Origin: a virus
Lineage: Duplodnaviria; Caudoviricetes
IMG/VR virus record: IMGVR_UViG_3300019926_000239
Location: 1-56,472 of that record
DNA: 56,472 nucleotides
Direction: 5' to 3' (one strand)
Made by a program: the position numbers and the translations under genes. Below the pieces are notes generated by a model that ran no database searches, had not been told where the DNA came from, and saw only the letters and a list, made by a program, of their open reading frames with translations. Shown piece by piece: positions 9,302 to 17,567 of this stretch. How positions within the stretch are numbered: the first letter of the stretch is position 1; each line of letters opens with the position of its first letter.

Positions 9302-9703
9302 ATGAGCGATAACGGCAAGTATCGCGTAGTATCGAAGCATCGCCGCGGGCGCGGAGAGATATACGAGGAAGGCGACCTCATAGAACCAAGCGACCGCGAA
9401 CTCGAACTTTTCGGCGACAAGTTCGCACCGGTTGAGGGTGCCGGGCAAGAGCCGCAACCAGAACCGGACGAGGACGAGAGCGACGAGGGCGGCGACGAGG
9501 ATGAGGAGACGCAAGCCGACGAGGAGGTTGAGGACGAGGGTGACGAGGAGGACACCGGTGAGGGTGAGGCGCTAACCGAGGAACGAATCGAGGAAGCCGG
9601 CTACGACGAACTTCGCAGCATCGCAAGCGGTTACGATGATGTGAGCGGCAACCAGTCGGAAGACCGCCTCCGCGTGGAACTCCTCGACAAGATAGAGGAG
9701 TAA
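9302..9703 (+). CDS. small acidic virion-associated protein with C-terminal helix-extension-helix-like motif
   Basis: YEEGDLIE N-domain, acidic linker, YDELRSIA...SEDRLRVELL; usual post-MCP position. Confidence 0.6.
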   Translation: MSDNGKYRVVSKHRRGRGEIYEEGDLIEPSDRELELFGDKFAPVEGAGQEPQPEPDEDESDEGGDEDEETQADEEVEDEGDEEDTGEGEALTEERIEEAGYDELRSIASGYDDVSGNQSEDRLRVELLDKIEE

Positions 9704-9751
9704 CCGCACCGAACCGCGTGGTGCCGTACGCGGTAACACACCACCAATAAC

Positions 9752-10165
9752 ATGAGCAAGATAGTCCCAGAAATCACCGCGACCGAACTCCGCGAACTCG
9801 CGTTCAGCGTAGGCGACACGCCACTCTCCGACGCCGCGCTTGAAATGCACATACGCGCCGCGCGTAACCTGGTGGACGACCGCCTCACCGACTACGCGAG
9901 CGAGTTTAGCGACCAGGAACTCAAAGACATCGGTGTGTTGGTAGCGGCGCACTTCGCCACGGTTGAAGACCCCACGGTTGAGAAGGAGTCCACGGCTAAC
10001 TCGTCGTATAGTTACGAGGGCAACGTCGGCGAAGGGCTTGAGGAAACGCGTTATGGGCGGCGGGCAATCTCACAAGACCACACGGGCGCACTTGCGGAAA
10101 ACCCCGGAGAACAAAGCACGTGGACAAGCGTAGGCGTGGACGGAGATTTAGGACCGGAGGCGTAA
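9752..10165 (+). CDS. head-tail adaptor
   Basis: LVAAHFA and GLEETRYGRRA motifs; position. Confidence 0.7.
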   Translation: MSKIVPEITATELRELAFSVGDTPLSDAALEMHIRAARNLVDDRLTDYASEFSDQELKDIGVLVAAHFATVEDPTVEKESTANSSYSYEGNVGEGLEETRYGRRAISQDHTGALAENPGEQSTWTSVGVDGDLGPEA

Positions 10166-10168
10166 CCC

Positions 10169-10519
10169 ATGCCGGTGCCGACTCTTGGGATGCAAGTTCA
10201 AGGTGCCACGGCAGCGGTGCGCACCGTTAGGAACGTACGCGACCAATACGGGCGTGAAGTGGCGTACGTGGTCGGCGTAGGCGCACGGTATGGCGCGTAT
10301 GTCGAGTTCGGCACCAGCAAGATGAAACCACAACCGTATCTGATGCCGGCTACGCGGTACGTGCTACGCTCGGAGTTGCCAAGCATCGCCAACGAAGCAA
10401 ATAGCATCGAGGATATTGTGCGTATGACCGCGCTTGAGATTGAGGCGCAAGCGAAAGAGCGCGCACCGGTGGATACGGGCAAACTCAAAAATAGCATCGA
10501 GGCGGCACCACTAAGATGA
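10169..10519 (+). CDS. HK97 gp10-like neck protein, motif order permuted
   Basis: YVEFGTSKMKPQPYLMPA and AKERAPVDTGKLKNSI. Confidence 0.85.
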   Translation: MPVPTLGMQVQGATAAVRTVRNVRDQYGREVAYVVGVGARYGAYVEFGTSKMKPQPYLMPATRYVLRSELPSIANEANSIEDIVRMTALEIEAQAKERAPVDTGKLKNSIEAAPLR

Positions 10520-10998
10520 GCCGGCAAGCACAGAACGCACGGCGCGCACTCTTACGGCACGGTGAGGAGGTCGTCGTCGCAAACCGGTATTACTCCGGCG
10601 GGCGTGGACGGTATGACTCACGTCCAACCAAGCCACAACCATACCGGGTTAACGCGGCGGTGGATGCCGCACCGGATAGCATACGCGACGTAGGTGGCAC
10701 GGAACAAGAGTACGCCGCCACGTTCTACATCTCAACCGAGGAACGTGCCGCCGAGAACATCGAGGGGCGAGGTGGCGCACGCGAACCGTCTTACCTGGTG
10801 CGCCGCGGCGGGCGTACGTACACCATCACCTCAACCGAACAACTCGGCGACGGCATCCTCATCCTACAAACCGTCCTTCACGGCAGCACGCCGCCGGATG
10901 GCGTACCGACGCCGGAGGAGTTGACGGACGACCGCGTGCTACCGCGTACCGCCACGGTTGAGGTTACTACACCCACGCCGGAGGTGCGCCAACCGTGA
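10516..10998 (+). CDS. putative head-closure protein
   Basis: Position and beta-rich composition. Confidence 0.55.
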   Translation: MSRQAQNARRALLRHGEEVVVANRYYSGGRGRYDSRPTKPQPYRVNAAVDAAPDSIRDVGGTEQEYAATFYISTEERAAENIEGRGGAREPSYLVRRGGRTYTITSTEQLGDGILILQTVLHGSTPPDGVPTPEELTDDRVLPRTATVEVTTPTPEVRQP

Positions 10999-11486
10999 GC
11001 CAAGACAGCGATGTAAAACTCATCGTCCGCGACCTCTTACGTGCCGAGTGGGATGCAACGCGCGCCACGGTAGACCCTAACATACGCACCGGGTGGCACA
11101 ACAACAACCACGAAGTGCAAGTAACCGTCTCGAACGACGAGGAGAGCGCACGTTCGGAGACGGGGCGTAGCAACCTTTCGGGTGGCAGCGCGCGGCGCGG
11201 CACGATTCAGGTGAACACGTGGGCGGATAAGCGCGCGGTGGACGCCGGCACAGATGGCGCGGCGAAAAAGGCGGCGTACGCGGCACGCGACGAGGTGGAT
11301 GAAATCTTGAGGAACCACGGTGCCGATATATACGCCTACAACTTCGATACGGCAACCACCGCGGAAACCTATCGCTACCTTAGTTTCATGGGTGCCACGT
11401 ATATGCCGGAGGAACCAGACGAGGAACAAGAGCCGGTTCGCCACCGTTACCTCGTCACGGTAGGTTATGAGTACCTACGTGAGTAA
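10995..11486 (+). CDS. putative tail terminator protein
   Basis: Position before tail tube; IQVNTWA, RYLVTVGY. Confidence 0.6.
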   Translation: MSQDSDVKLIVRDLLRAEWDATRATVDPNIRTGWHNNNHEVQVTVSNDEESARSETGRSNLSGGSARRGTIQVNTWADKRAVDAGTDGAAKKAAYAARDEVDEILRNHGADIYAYNFDTATTAETYRYLSFMGATYMPEEPDEEQEPVRHRYLVTVGYEYLRE

Positions 11487-11573
11487 CCCGTCGGGTATAT
11501 CCTCACGTTCCTCGACGCGCACCTCATTCCCCTCCTCGTCGTATCCGTAGGCGTACGCGTCCACCTCACTCAC
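11475..11573 (-). CDS. 32-aa acidic microprotein
   Basis: GTG start, SEVDAYAYGYDEEGNEVRVEEREDIPDGLLT; last gene of the reverse cassette. Confidence 0.45.
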   Translation of the reverse strand: MSEVDAYAYGYDEEGNEVRVEEREDIPDGLLT

Positions 11574-11682
11574 CTCCGTGGAAGGCGGGCGCAAGTGCCG
11601 CCAACTTACCTTCCTTCTCCTCGTCCACCTCTTGCACCTCGTCCTCCTCACCGTGGCACGTGGGCGCAAGTTCCTCAAGCAT
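11566..11682 (-). CDS. 38-aa acidic microprotein
   Basis: MLEELAPTCHGEEDEVQEVDEEKEGKLAALAPAFHGGE; overlaps stop of upstream gene. Confidence 0.5.
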   Translation of the reverse strand: MLEELAPTCHGEEDEVQEVDEEKEGKLAALAPAFHGGE

Positions 11683-11878
11683 CGTAATCACACTCGCGTC
11701 CGAACCCTACGGCGGGCGGGTTGAGGCGTCGGAGTTGCTTTTCGCTTGGTTCGTCGCGCACCTCACCGTCGCCGCCGCACTCGTTACAACGGTCGTAACG
11801 GGGCTTCATCATGCCGCCAACCTTTTTCTCTCCAACCATTACTTCGCCGGTGCCCGCGCACTTGTCGCATTCCGTCAT
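11675..11878 (-). CDS. DnaJ-type zinc-finger microprotein
   Basis: CDKCAGTG...CNECGGDG (two CxxCxGxG). Confidence 0.75.
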   Translation of the reverse strand: MTECDKCAGTGEVMVGEKKVGGMMKPRYDRCNECGGDGEVRDEPSEKQLRRLNPPAVGFGRECDYDA

Positions 11879-11880
11879 TT

Positions 11881-12069
11881 TCACCGACCTCCTTCAACGC
11901 GGTCACACGTATATGCTATCCAGTCCGTGCTTTCCCAGGTTTCTTTTCCGTCCTCCCATTCAACGCGCGCTTCGTTTTGCGCGTCGTTTACCTCGACTAC
12001 TTCAAACCTTTTTGTACCGCTTGGGTCTATGTCGTACGTGTCGCCTTCCGTGGGTTGTGTTTCGCTCAT
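11881..12069 (-). CDS. hypothetical cassette protein
   Basis: ATG directly after repeat copy 4. Confidence 0.75.
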   Translation of the reverse strand: MSETQPTEGDTYDIDPSGTKRFEVVEVNDAQNEARVEWEDGKETWESTDWIAYTCDRVEGGR

Positions 12070-12129
12070 TTGGGGTTCACCTCTTTGCTCGCATCCATAG
12101 ATAAAGGGCGGTACTACTTATACCTTATG
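12070..12129 (-). promoter_or_regulatory. dispersed promoter/leader repeat copy 4
   Basis: Reverse complement CATAAGGTATAAGTAGTACC...GCGAGCAAAGAGGTGAACCCCAA-ATG. Confidence 0.9.
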
Positions 12130-12377
12130 GAAGGCAAAACGCAAGAAGGCATAGGGGCGGCGTTATAGGAACCCAGGAACAACCCGTCTACCACGGCGGA
12201 AGCCGCGCACCACCGCGCGCCGCCGCGCCGTGCCCAACGCTTATCACACACGCGCACTTTGAGCCACATAGACGCACTCGCGTGGCGGCGTGAGTATAAC
12301 CGAATACCGCCAAACCCTCGGTGAACGCAAGACCGAGCCGTAAGCCCTCTTGCTATTAGCCGAGTGTAAACGCAAAT

Positions 12378-12548
12378 ATGTATATCGAGACAGACCGCGA
12401 CAACATAAGCCGGCTACGCATACGCGAGGACGGCACGACGTACACCGCCGACTTCAACGACGACGGCGTGGCGCGCGTGACCAAAGAAGCCGGTAACGTA
12501 TTCGCGGAACGGTACACGTCAGTCGAGATACGTGAGGAGGAAAACTAA
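12378..12548 (+). CDS. 56-aa protein preceding tail tube
   Basis: MYIETDRDNISRLRIREDGTTYTADFNDDGVARVTKEAG...; abuts ATG 12549. Confidence 0.7.
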   Translation: MYIETDRDNISRLRIREDGTTYTADFNDDGVARVTKEAGNVFAERYTSVEIREEEN

Positions 12549-13790
12549 ATGCCCGAAGAATCACCAATAAGGGAACAGCGCCTACACTTCGCACGTGAGA
12601 GCGAACGCGGCGTTTTCCCCACCGACCCGGAGTTCTTGAAGTATAGTGACAACATACCGTCGTTCACGTGGAGTCCCACCGTGGGCGTTGAGGTACGCCG
12701 CGGCATCGGTAGCCCCGACATAAGCGCGTTTCACAAAGGTGTCGAGGAACACGAAGTGACGGTTGAGTACGACCTACAACGTTTTGTCGTAGACTCTCAA
12801 GGCGACCCCAACGACGCCGCCGGCGACGGTGTGATACGCAACGCCAACAACGCACTACCGAACGCGCACACCATCGTAAAGCGTGAGGACATATTCAACA
12901 TCAACGCCGGCGACACCATCGACGCGCGTGAGGGTGGCAGCGGCAGCACGCGGGACACGCGGCTTTACGTGGTCGTAGTAGGTGCCCGCATCGGCACGGT
13001 GGAACTCGCCGGCGACCCAGGTAGCGACCAACCGGTAGTCGTCTCACTCACGTACACCGCGGAAAAGGGACGTGAGTACCAAATCGACCAACCACAATCC
13101 GACGCGGAAACGCTTGAGGTTGTGAGTACCTCGGATAACGACACGGGTGAGGTAACGGTCGAGAGCGACGACGGCACCAGCGGAACCATCACCCTCAACG
13201 GCACCACGCCGGTGAGCGTCCCCACCGACCGCGGCACAATCGACGCGGTTGAGGTTGAGTTCGAGAACGAAGGAGATGTTGAGGTGAACGAAGTGTCGAG
13301 TGGTGAAACGCTTGCGGTAATACGCGGCACCAACGCGTACGACCACGACACCAGCGACGAGGGCATACCGACGCTCGGCAGCGGTAGCCGTGAGGATGTT
13401 ATCGGTAGCAACTACGAAACTATAATCGGCGACCAGGTTGAGCGCCCGGCGGGCGAAACTCTCGCCGCGGAGATAAATAGCGTCACCATGACCATCGAGA
13501 ACAACCTCGGCACGCGTGAGCGCGTAACCACTCCGCGCATGGGCATCAACGCCGGCGACCGCGACGTGAGTATCGACGCCACTATCGTGGGCGCAAGCGA
13601 GAGCGTCCAAAAGGCGGACGAGGCGTTCCGCAACCAGGGCAACGACGTGGTGTGGGTGCTTGACGGTGGGGAACTCCGCGCTAAGGATGCGCGCCTCACC
13701 TCTTTCGGCGGCGTGGATGAAAGTAGCGGTGACGCGGTGATGAGTACGGACAACACGTTCACCGGCAAAACCGTGGAGGCGAGCGTCTAA
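12549..13790 (+). CDS. major tail (tube) protein
   Basis: 413 aa, FARESERG N-terminus, beta-rich, upstream of chaperone and tape measure; no sheath gene. Confidence 0.8.
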   Translation: MPEESPIREQRLHFARESERGVFPTDPEFLKYSDNIPSFTWSPTVGVEVRRGIGSPDISAFHKGVEEHEVTVEYDLQRFVVDSQGDPNDAAGDGVIRNANNALPNAHTIVKREDIFNINAGDTIDAREGGSGSTRDTRLYVVVVGARIGTVELAGDPGSDQPVVVSLTYTAEKGREYQIDQPQSDAETLEVVSTSDNDTGEVTVESDDGTSGTITLNGTTPVSVPTDRGTIDAVEVEFENEGDVEVNEVSSGETLAVIRGTNAYDHDTSDEGIPTLGSGSREDVIGSNYETIIGDQVERPAGETLAAEINSVTMTIENNLGTRERVTTPRMGINAGDRDVSIDATIVGASESVQKADEAFRNQGNDVVWVLDGGELRAKDARLTSFGGVDESSGDAVMSTDNTFTGKTVEASV

Positions 13791-14335
13791 TGGTTGACGT
13801 AAACAACGACGAAAACGTACGCATCGCAAGCCGTGAGGATTTCGAGCATAAGCGCGACGGCGACGGTGAACTTGAGCCGGTGGTGGAACCCATACCTGGC
13901 AAAACCGAACCGTGCCGCAATTGCGACGGCAGCGGCATAATCATCGAGGACGTTGAGCCGGATGAGGGTGAGGAGGTTGCGCCGGAACCGGATGAACGGG
14001 CGTGCCCGGAGTGTGGTGGCGTAGGTGAGGAACAGGTCTACGTAAAGGTGCAACCACTCACCCAGGGCAACGCGAACGAGTATCTACCGCAAAGCGGCGC
14101 GCCGCAAGACATACCGGATGAGAAGATGGTCGAGATAATCCGCAACTTCGTGGTTGAGCCGGATTTCAGCGACCTCACAAGCCTCGACGACCTCAAGGCG
14201 TACGGCGTTGACCCGCTTATCATGGCGGTGGTTAACGCGTCCGGCTTCGACATGACCACCGGTATGATGCAAGACCAGGCGGATACGCTTGAACTTGTGG
14301 AGGAAATCGAGGGAAATTCGAGCGGTGGCAACTAA
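13790..14335 (+). CDS. tail assembly chaperone with inserted DnaJ-type zinc finger
   Basis: Between tube and TMP; CRNCDGSG...CPECGGVG; ends at slippery site. Confidence 0.8.
   Translation: MVDVNNDENVRIASREDFEHKRDGDGELEPVVEPIPGKTEPCRNCDGSGIIIEDVEPDEGEEVAPEPDERACPECGGVGEEQVYVKVQPLTQGNANEYLPQSGAPQDIPDEKMVEIIRNFVVEPDFSDLTSLDDLKAYGVDPLIMAVVNASGFDMTTGMMQDQADTLELVEEIEGNSSGGN
14311..14317 (+). other. programmed -1 frameshift site G GGA AAT
   Basis: X XXY YYZ heptamer in the correct phase; -1 frame open to 14634 (lambda gpG/gpGT paradigm). Confidence 0.85.
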
Positions 14336-14634
14336 GCGCGCGGGTTGAGTGGCTACTCCACGAAGCGGGTTACGACTACGAGAGTATGCAGCGCCTCACC
14401 GTCCGAGAGATAAGGCGGTTGATGGAGGGGCAACGCGTTCACAACGAAATCAAGCGTATGCGCCAACAACACGAACAAGAGAAACGCCGCGGCGGCGCGC
14501 GGTTCGATGCGGCTACGCCACGGTCGAGTGACCGCGAGAAACTTGAGGAGTACGCGGAGGCGATGGACGAGGAGGGCAAAACCGGCGCTAAGAAACTCGC
14601 CAAAAAGAGCAAACGGCAAGCACGGAGGAACTAA
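14311..14634 (+). CDS. frameshifted C-terminal extension of tail chaperone
   Basis: -1 frame FERWQLSARVEWLLHEAGYDYESMQRLTVREI... Confidence 0.8.
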   Translation, partial: GKFERWQLSARVEWLLHEAGYDYESMQRLTVREIRRLMEGQRVHNEIKRMRQQHEQEKRRGGARFDAATPRSSDREKLEEYAEAMDEEGKTGAKKLAKKSKRQARRN

Positions 14635-14637
14635 CGT

Positions 14638-17082
14638 ATGGCATTCACACCCGGCATGGAACAAAGCGTGCGCGTGAACGTCGAGAGCGGCGGCGCGGAA
14701 CAGTTTATGGGGCGGATGGACGGCGTAGCGGATAGCCTCTTGAGCATCAAGGGCGCGGTGGGCGTAGCCGGTGCCGCCCTCGCCGGACTCGCCGCGGGCG
14801 CACTCGCCGAATCCATCTCACAAGCACGCAAGTTCGAGGACGCGATGGTTGAGGTGCGCCGGGTGACAGCGGAAGGCGTCGGCGACAAACTCACCGACGA
14901 CATCAAGCAAATGGCGGCTAACATACCGATAGCGCGTGAGGAACTCGCAAGCGTGACCGCCGACGCGGCACGGTTTGGTGTCGAGGGTGAGAAGAACATC
15001 CAACGGTTCGCCACGGTAACGGCTAAGATGGCAACCGCCACCGACCTCAACACTAACCGCGCCGGTGAGGCACTCGCCAAACTCGCCACCATAACCCAAA
15101 CCCCGATGGACGAGGTTGAGAAACTCGGTAGTTCCATCAATAGCCTCGGCAACACGATGGCAACCTCACAAAGTGAGATTGTCGAAGGTAGCCTCCGGGC
15201 AAGCGCGCAACTAAGCAACCTCGGGGCAAGCCAAACCGAGATATTCGGGCTACAAGCCGCACTTAACGAAGTGTCGCCAAGCGCACGCCGCGCCGGTACA
15301 AGGTTGCGCCGCGTAGCCCAGGGCATAAGCAACCCCAAGAACGCGCAAGAGTACGCCAACGCCCTCGGCATGAGCGTCGAGGAGTTCAACCGGATGAAAG
15401 ACCAGAACCCCATCGGCATAATTCGAGAGATGGCGGTGGCACTCGGCAACGGTGGTGAGCGTGCCGACAAGATGGCTAAGGTGATGAACAAGCGCACCCT
15501 CGCCGCGATGAACGCGCTAAGTACCAACATCGACGGACTCGACGCCGCACTCAAACGCAGCAACGAGGAGTTCGAGAAGGGCGAGAGCCTACAAGACGAG
15601 TTCGAGACTAAGATGAATACGTTTAGCGCGCAACTCACCATCCTCAAAAACCGGTTCGCCAACCTGGGGCAAGAAATAGGTAAGATGTTCCTCGACCCTA
15701 TGACCAAGGCACTCAAGAGCGTCAACGACTTCATCAAGGGTGGCGGGCAACTCACCGGCATGATAGACGAAAAGGTGGCAGCGTTCGGACTCCTCGGCAC
15801 GATAGTGGGTGGCACCGCCGCCGCGATAGTCACGTTCACCAGCGTAGCACTCTCGCCACTCTTGGGTGTAATAGCCGCGGTCGGTGCGGCAATATGGGCA
15901 CTCAAAAACAACTTCGCCGGCGTGCGTGACGCGGTGATGGAGTTAGCCGGCATCGTACGCACCAATTTCAGCATCGTAAAGGATATATTCCTCTCCGTGG
16001 TGAGCGACATTCAATCCACGTGGAACCAATACGGCGGCGCGATACTCGCCAACTTCGAGAGCATCTTCGGCGACATCAAGCAAGCCGTTATGGGTGCGGT
16101 GCGGTTCATACAGAACAACGTATGGAAGCCGGCACTCAAATTCCTAAACTCCTTCTGGGATAAGGAGGGCGGCAGCCTACTCGACTCGGTAGCCACCATA
16201 TTCCTCGCCATCCAACGCGTAGCCAAACGCATCATAAACGGGTTTGAAGCGGTGTGGGCAGCGTTCGGTGACGAGATAGTTACCATCGTGAAGTTCGCGT
16301 TTGACGCCGTCGGCGGCATAATAAAGACGGCGGTACGCACCATCACCACCATCATTAACGTGTTCGCCAAACTCCTCAAAGGCGACTGGAAGGGCGCGTT
16401 TGATGAGATAGTGGACTTCGCAAGCACCTCACTAAGCGGCTTGTTCGGTTTCATCAAAAAGTGGGGCGGGAGAGTCCTCAAGTGGCTCGGTGGGCTACTC
16501 GGTGACTTTGCATCGTGGGCGGGCGACGTAGCCGGTGCGATAGTGGACGGCATCGTACAAGGTGCAAAGGACGCGGTGAAACTCGGTAAACAGATATTCA
16601 ACGCGTACATCGAGTTTATGAAAAGTCTACCTGGTGAGATTATGGACGCGTTCAGCGACTTTGCGGTGAGCATAGGCGGGCGCATCAAGCAAGCGATAAA
16701 TAACGCGCTTGGGCTACCGCGCGAAATAACCATCGGTGACGTGAGCGTGCAAGGTAATGAGGTGTTCAGCGGCAAGACGTTCACCATACCGGCACTCGCC
16801 GAGGGCGGCATCGTAAACGAACCTACGATGGCGATGGTCGGTGAGGCGGGGAGTGAGGCGGTTATCCCCCTCGATAAACTTGAGCAAGTTATGGGTGGCA
16901 CCGGCGGCGGCAGCGGGCAATCGGTAGCGCAAGCACTCGCCGACACCACGTTCACCATAACCGACGCGTCGTTCACCCTCGACGGTGAGGTGGTTACGGT
17001 GGACAAGATGGAAGCACGTTTCGAGCAAGAGGGCACCAGGACGGAGTTAGCCGAGCGCCGTAAAAATACACGGAGGCGGTAA
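14638..17082 (+). CDS. tail tape measure protein
   Basis: 814 aa helical, FEDAMVEVRRV TP901-type core, periodic W/F repeats, LAEGGIV..PT.AMVGEAG.EAVIPL. Confidence 0.95.
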   Translation: MAFTPGMEQSVRVNVESGGAEQFMGRMDGVADSLLSIKGAVGVAGAALAGLAAGALAESISQARKFEDAMVEVRRVTAEGVGDKLTDDIKQMAANIPIAREELASVTADAARFGVEGEKNIQRFATVTAKMATATDLNTNRAGEALAKLATITQTPMDEVEKLGSSINSLGNTMATSQSEIVEGSLRASAQLSNLGASQTEIFGLQAALNEVSPSARRAGTRLRRVAQGISNPKNAQEYANALGMSVEEFNRMKDQNPIGIIREMAVALGNGGERADKMAKVMNKRTLAAMNALSTNIDGLDAALKRSNEEFEKGESLQDEFETKMNTFSAQLTILKNRFANLGQEIGKMFLDPMTKALKSVNDFIKGGGQLTGMIDEKVAAFGLLGTIVGGTAAAIVTFTSVALSPLLGVIAAVGAAIWALKNNFAGVRDAVMELAGIVRTNFSIVKDIFLSVVSDIQSTWNQYGGAILANFESIFGDIKQAVMGAVRFIQNNVWKPALKFLNSFWDKEGGSLLDSVATIFLAIQRVAKRIINGFEAVWAAFGDEIVTIVKFAFDAVGGIIKTAVRTITTIINVFAKLLKGDWKGAFDEIVDFASTSLSGLFGFIKKWGGRVLKWLGGLLGDFASWAGDVAGAIVDGIVQGAKDAVKLGKQIFNAYIEFMKSLPGEIMDAFSDFAVSIGGRIKQAINNALGLPREITIGDVSVQGNEVFSGKTFTIPALAEGGIVNEPTMAMVGEAGSEAVIPLDKLEQVMGGTGGGSGQSVAQALADTTFTITDASFTLDGEVVTVDKMEARFEQEGTRTELAERRKNTRRR

Positions 17083-17085
17083 CTC

Positions 17086-17565
17086 ATGGCGTCCGGCGCA
17101 CCGTGGCGGTGGAACGGCGACCAAGGCGGCGGCTACGTTATCGACGGCGTAGGCGACTCGTTCCTCTCGTACGTACGTGGTGAAACCACCGGCGGCACTC
17201 TTGTGTTTGACGTTGAGAGCCAACACACGAACGCCACGGCACGCGAGCGGTACCAAAGCATACGCGCCACGTGTGAGGTGGCGGGCGAGTACGTGAGCGG
17301 AGAGACGGAGACTAATCAACCGTGGTACCGGCTACGCGTGCGCCGCGACACGAACGCCTCACCACTCGTCAAACTTGAGCCGGAGGATAACCTCAACGGC
17401 GGGATGCCCGGCGTGTGGGGTTTAGTGGAGAGTTACGACGATAGTACGGTGGTAGCCGGCAGCGACTACGCGCTTGATGTTAGCCTCCTCGTCCTCGCAC
17501 GCACCGACCAGGTACCTACGCGCCAAGAGGTACGCGACAAGTTTAGCGGTAGCCTCATACCATAA
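17086..17565 (+). CDS. putative distal tail protein
   Basis: Directly after TMP. Confidence 0.55.
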   Translation: MASGAPWRWNGDQGGGYVIDGVGDSFLSYVRGETTGGTLVFDVESQHTNATARERYQSIRATCEVAGEYVSGETETNQPWYRLRVRRDTNASPLVKLEPEDNLNGGMPGVWGLVESYDDSTVVAGSDYALDVSLLVLARTDQVPTRQEVRDKFSGSLIP

Positions 17566-17567
17566 CG

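Noticed and set aside
11475-11678. 67-aa ORF as given in the track
   Set aside because: Its N-half is an Arg-rich off-frame reading; two shorter acidic ORFs fit better.
12271-12370. Self-cleaving ribozyme (hammerhead, pistol, twister)
   Set aside because: Only a partial TAAGCCCT resemblance; the conserved cores and pseudoknot partners are absent.
14631-17087. Long minus-strand ORFs (also 20284..21510, 33212..34081, 4620..5375)
   Set aside because: Antisense shadows of well-supported high-GC genes, Ser-rich and without motifs.
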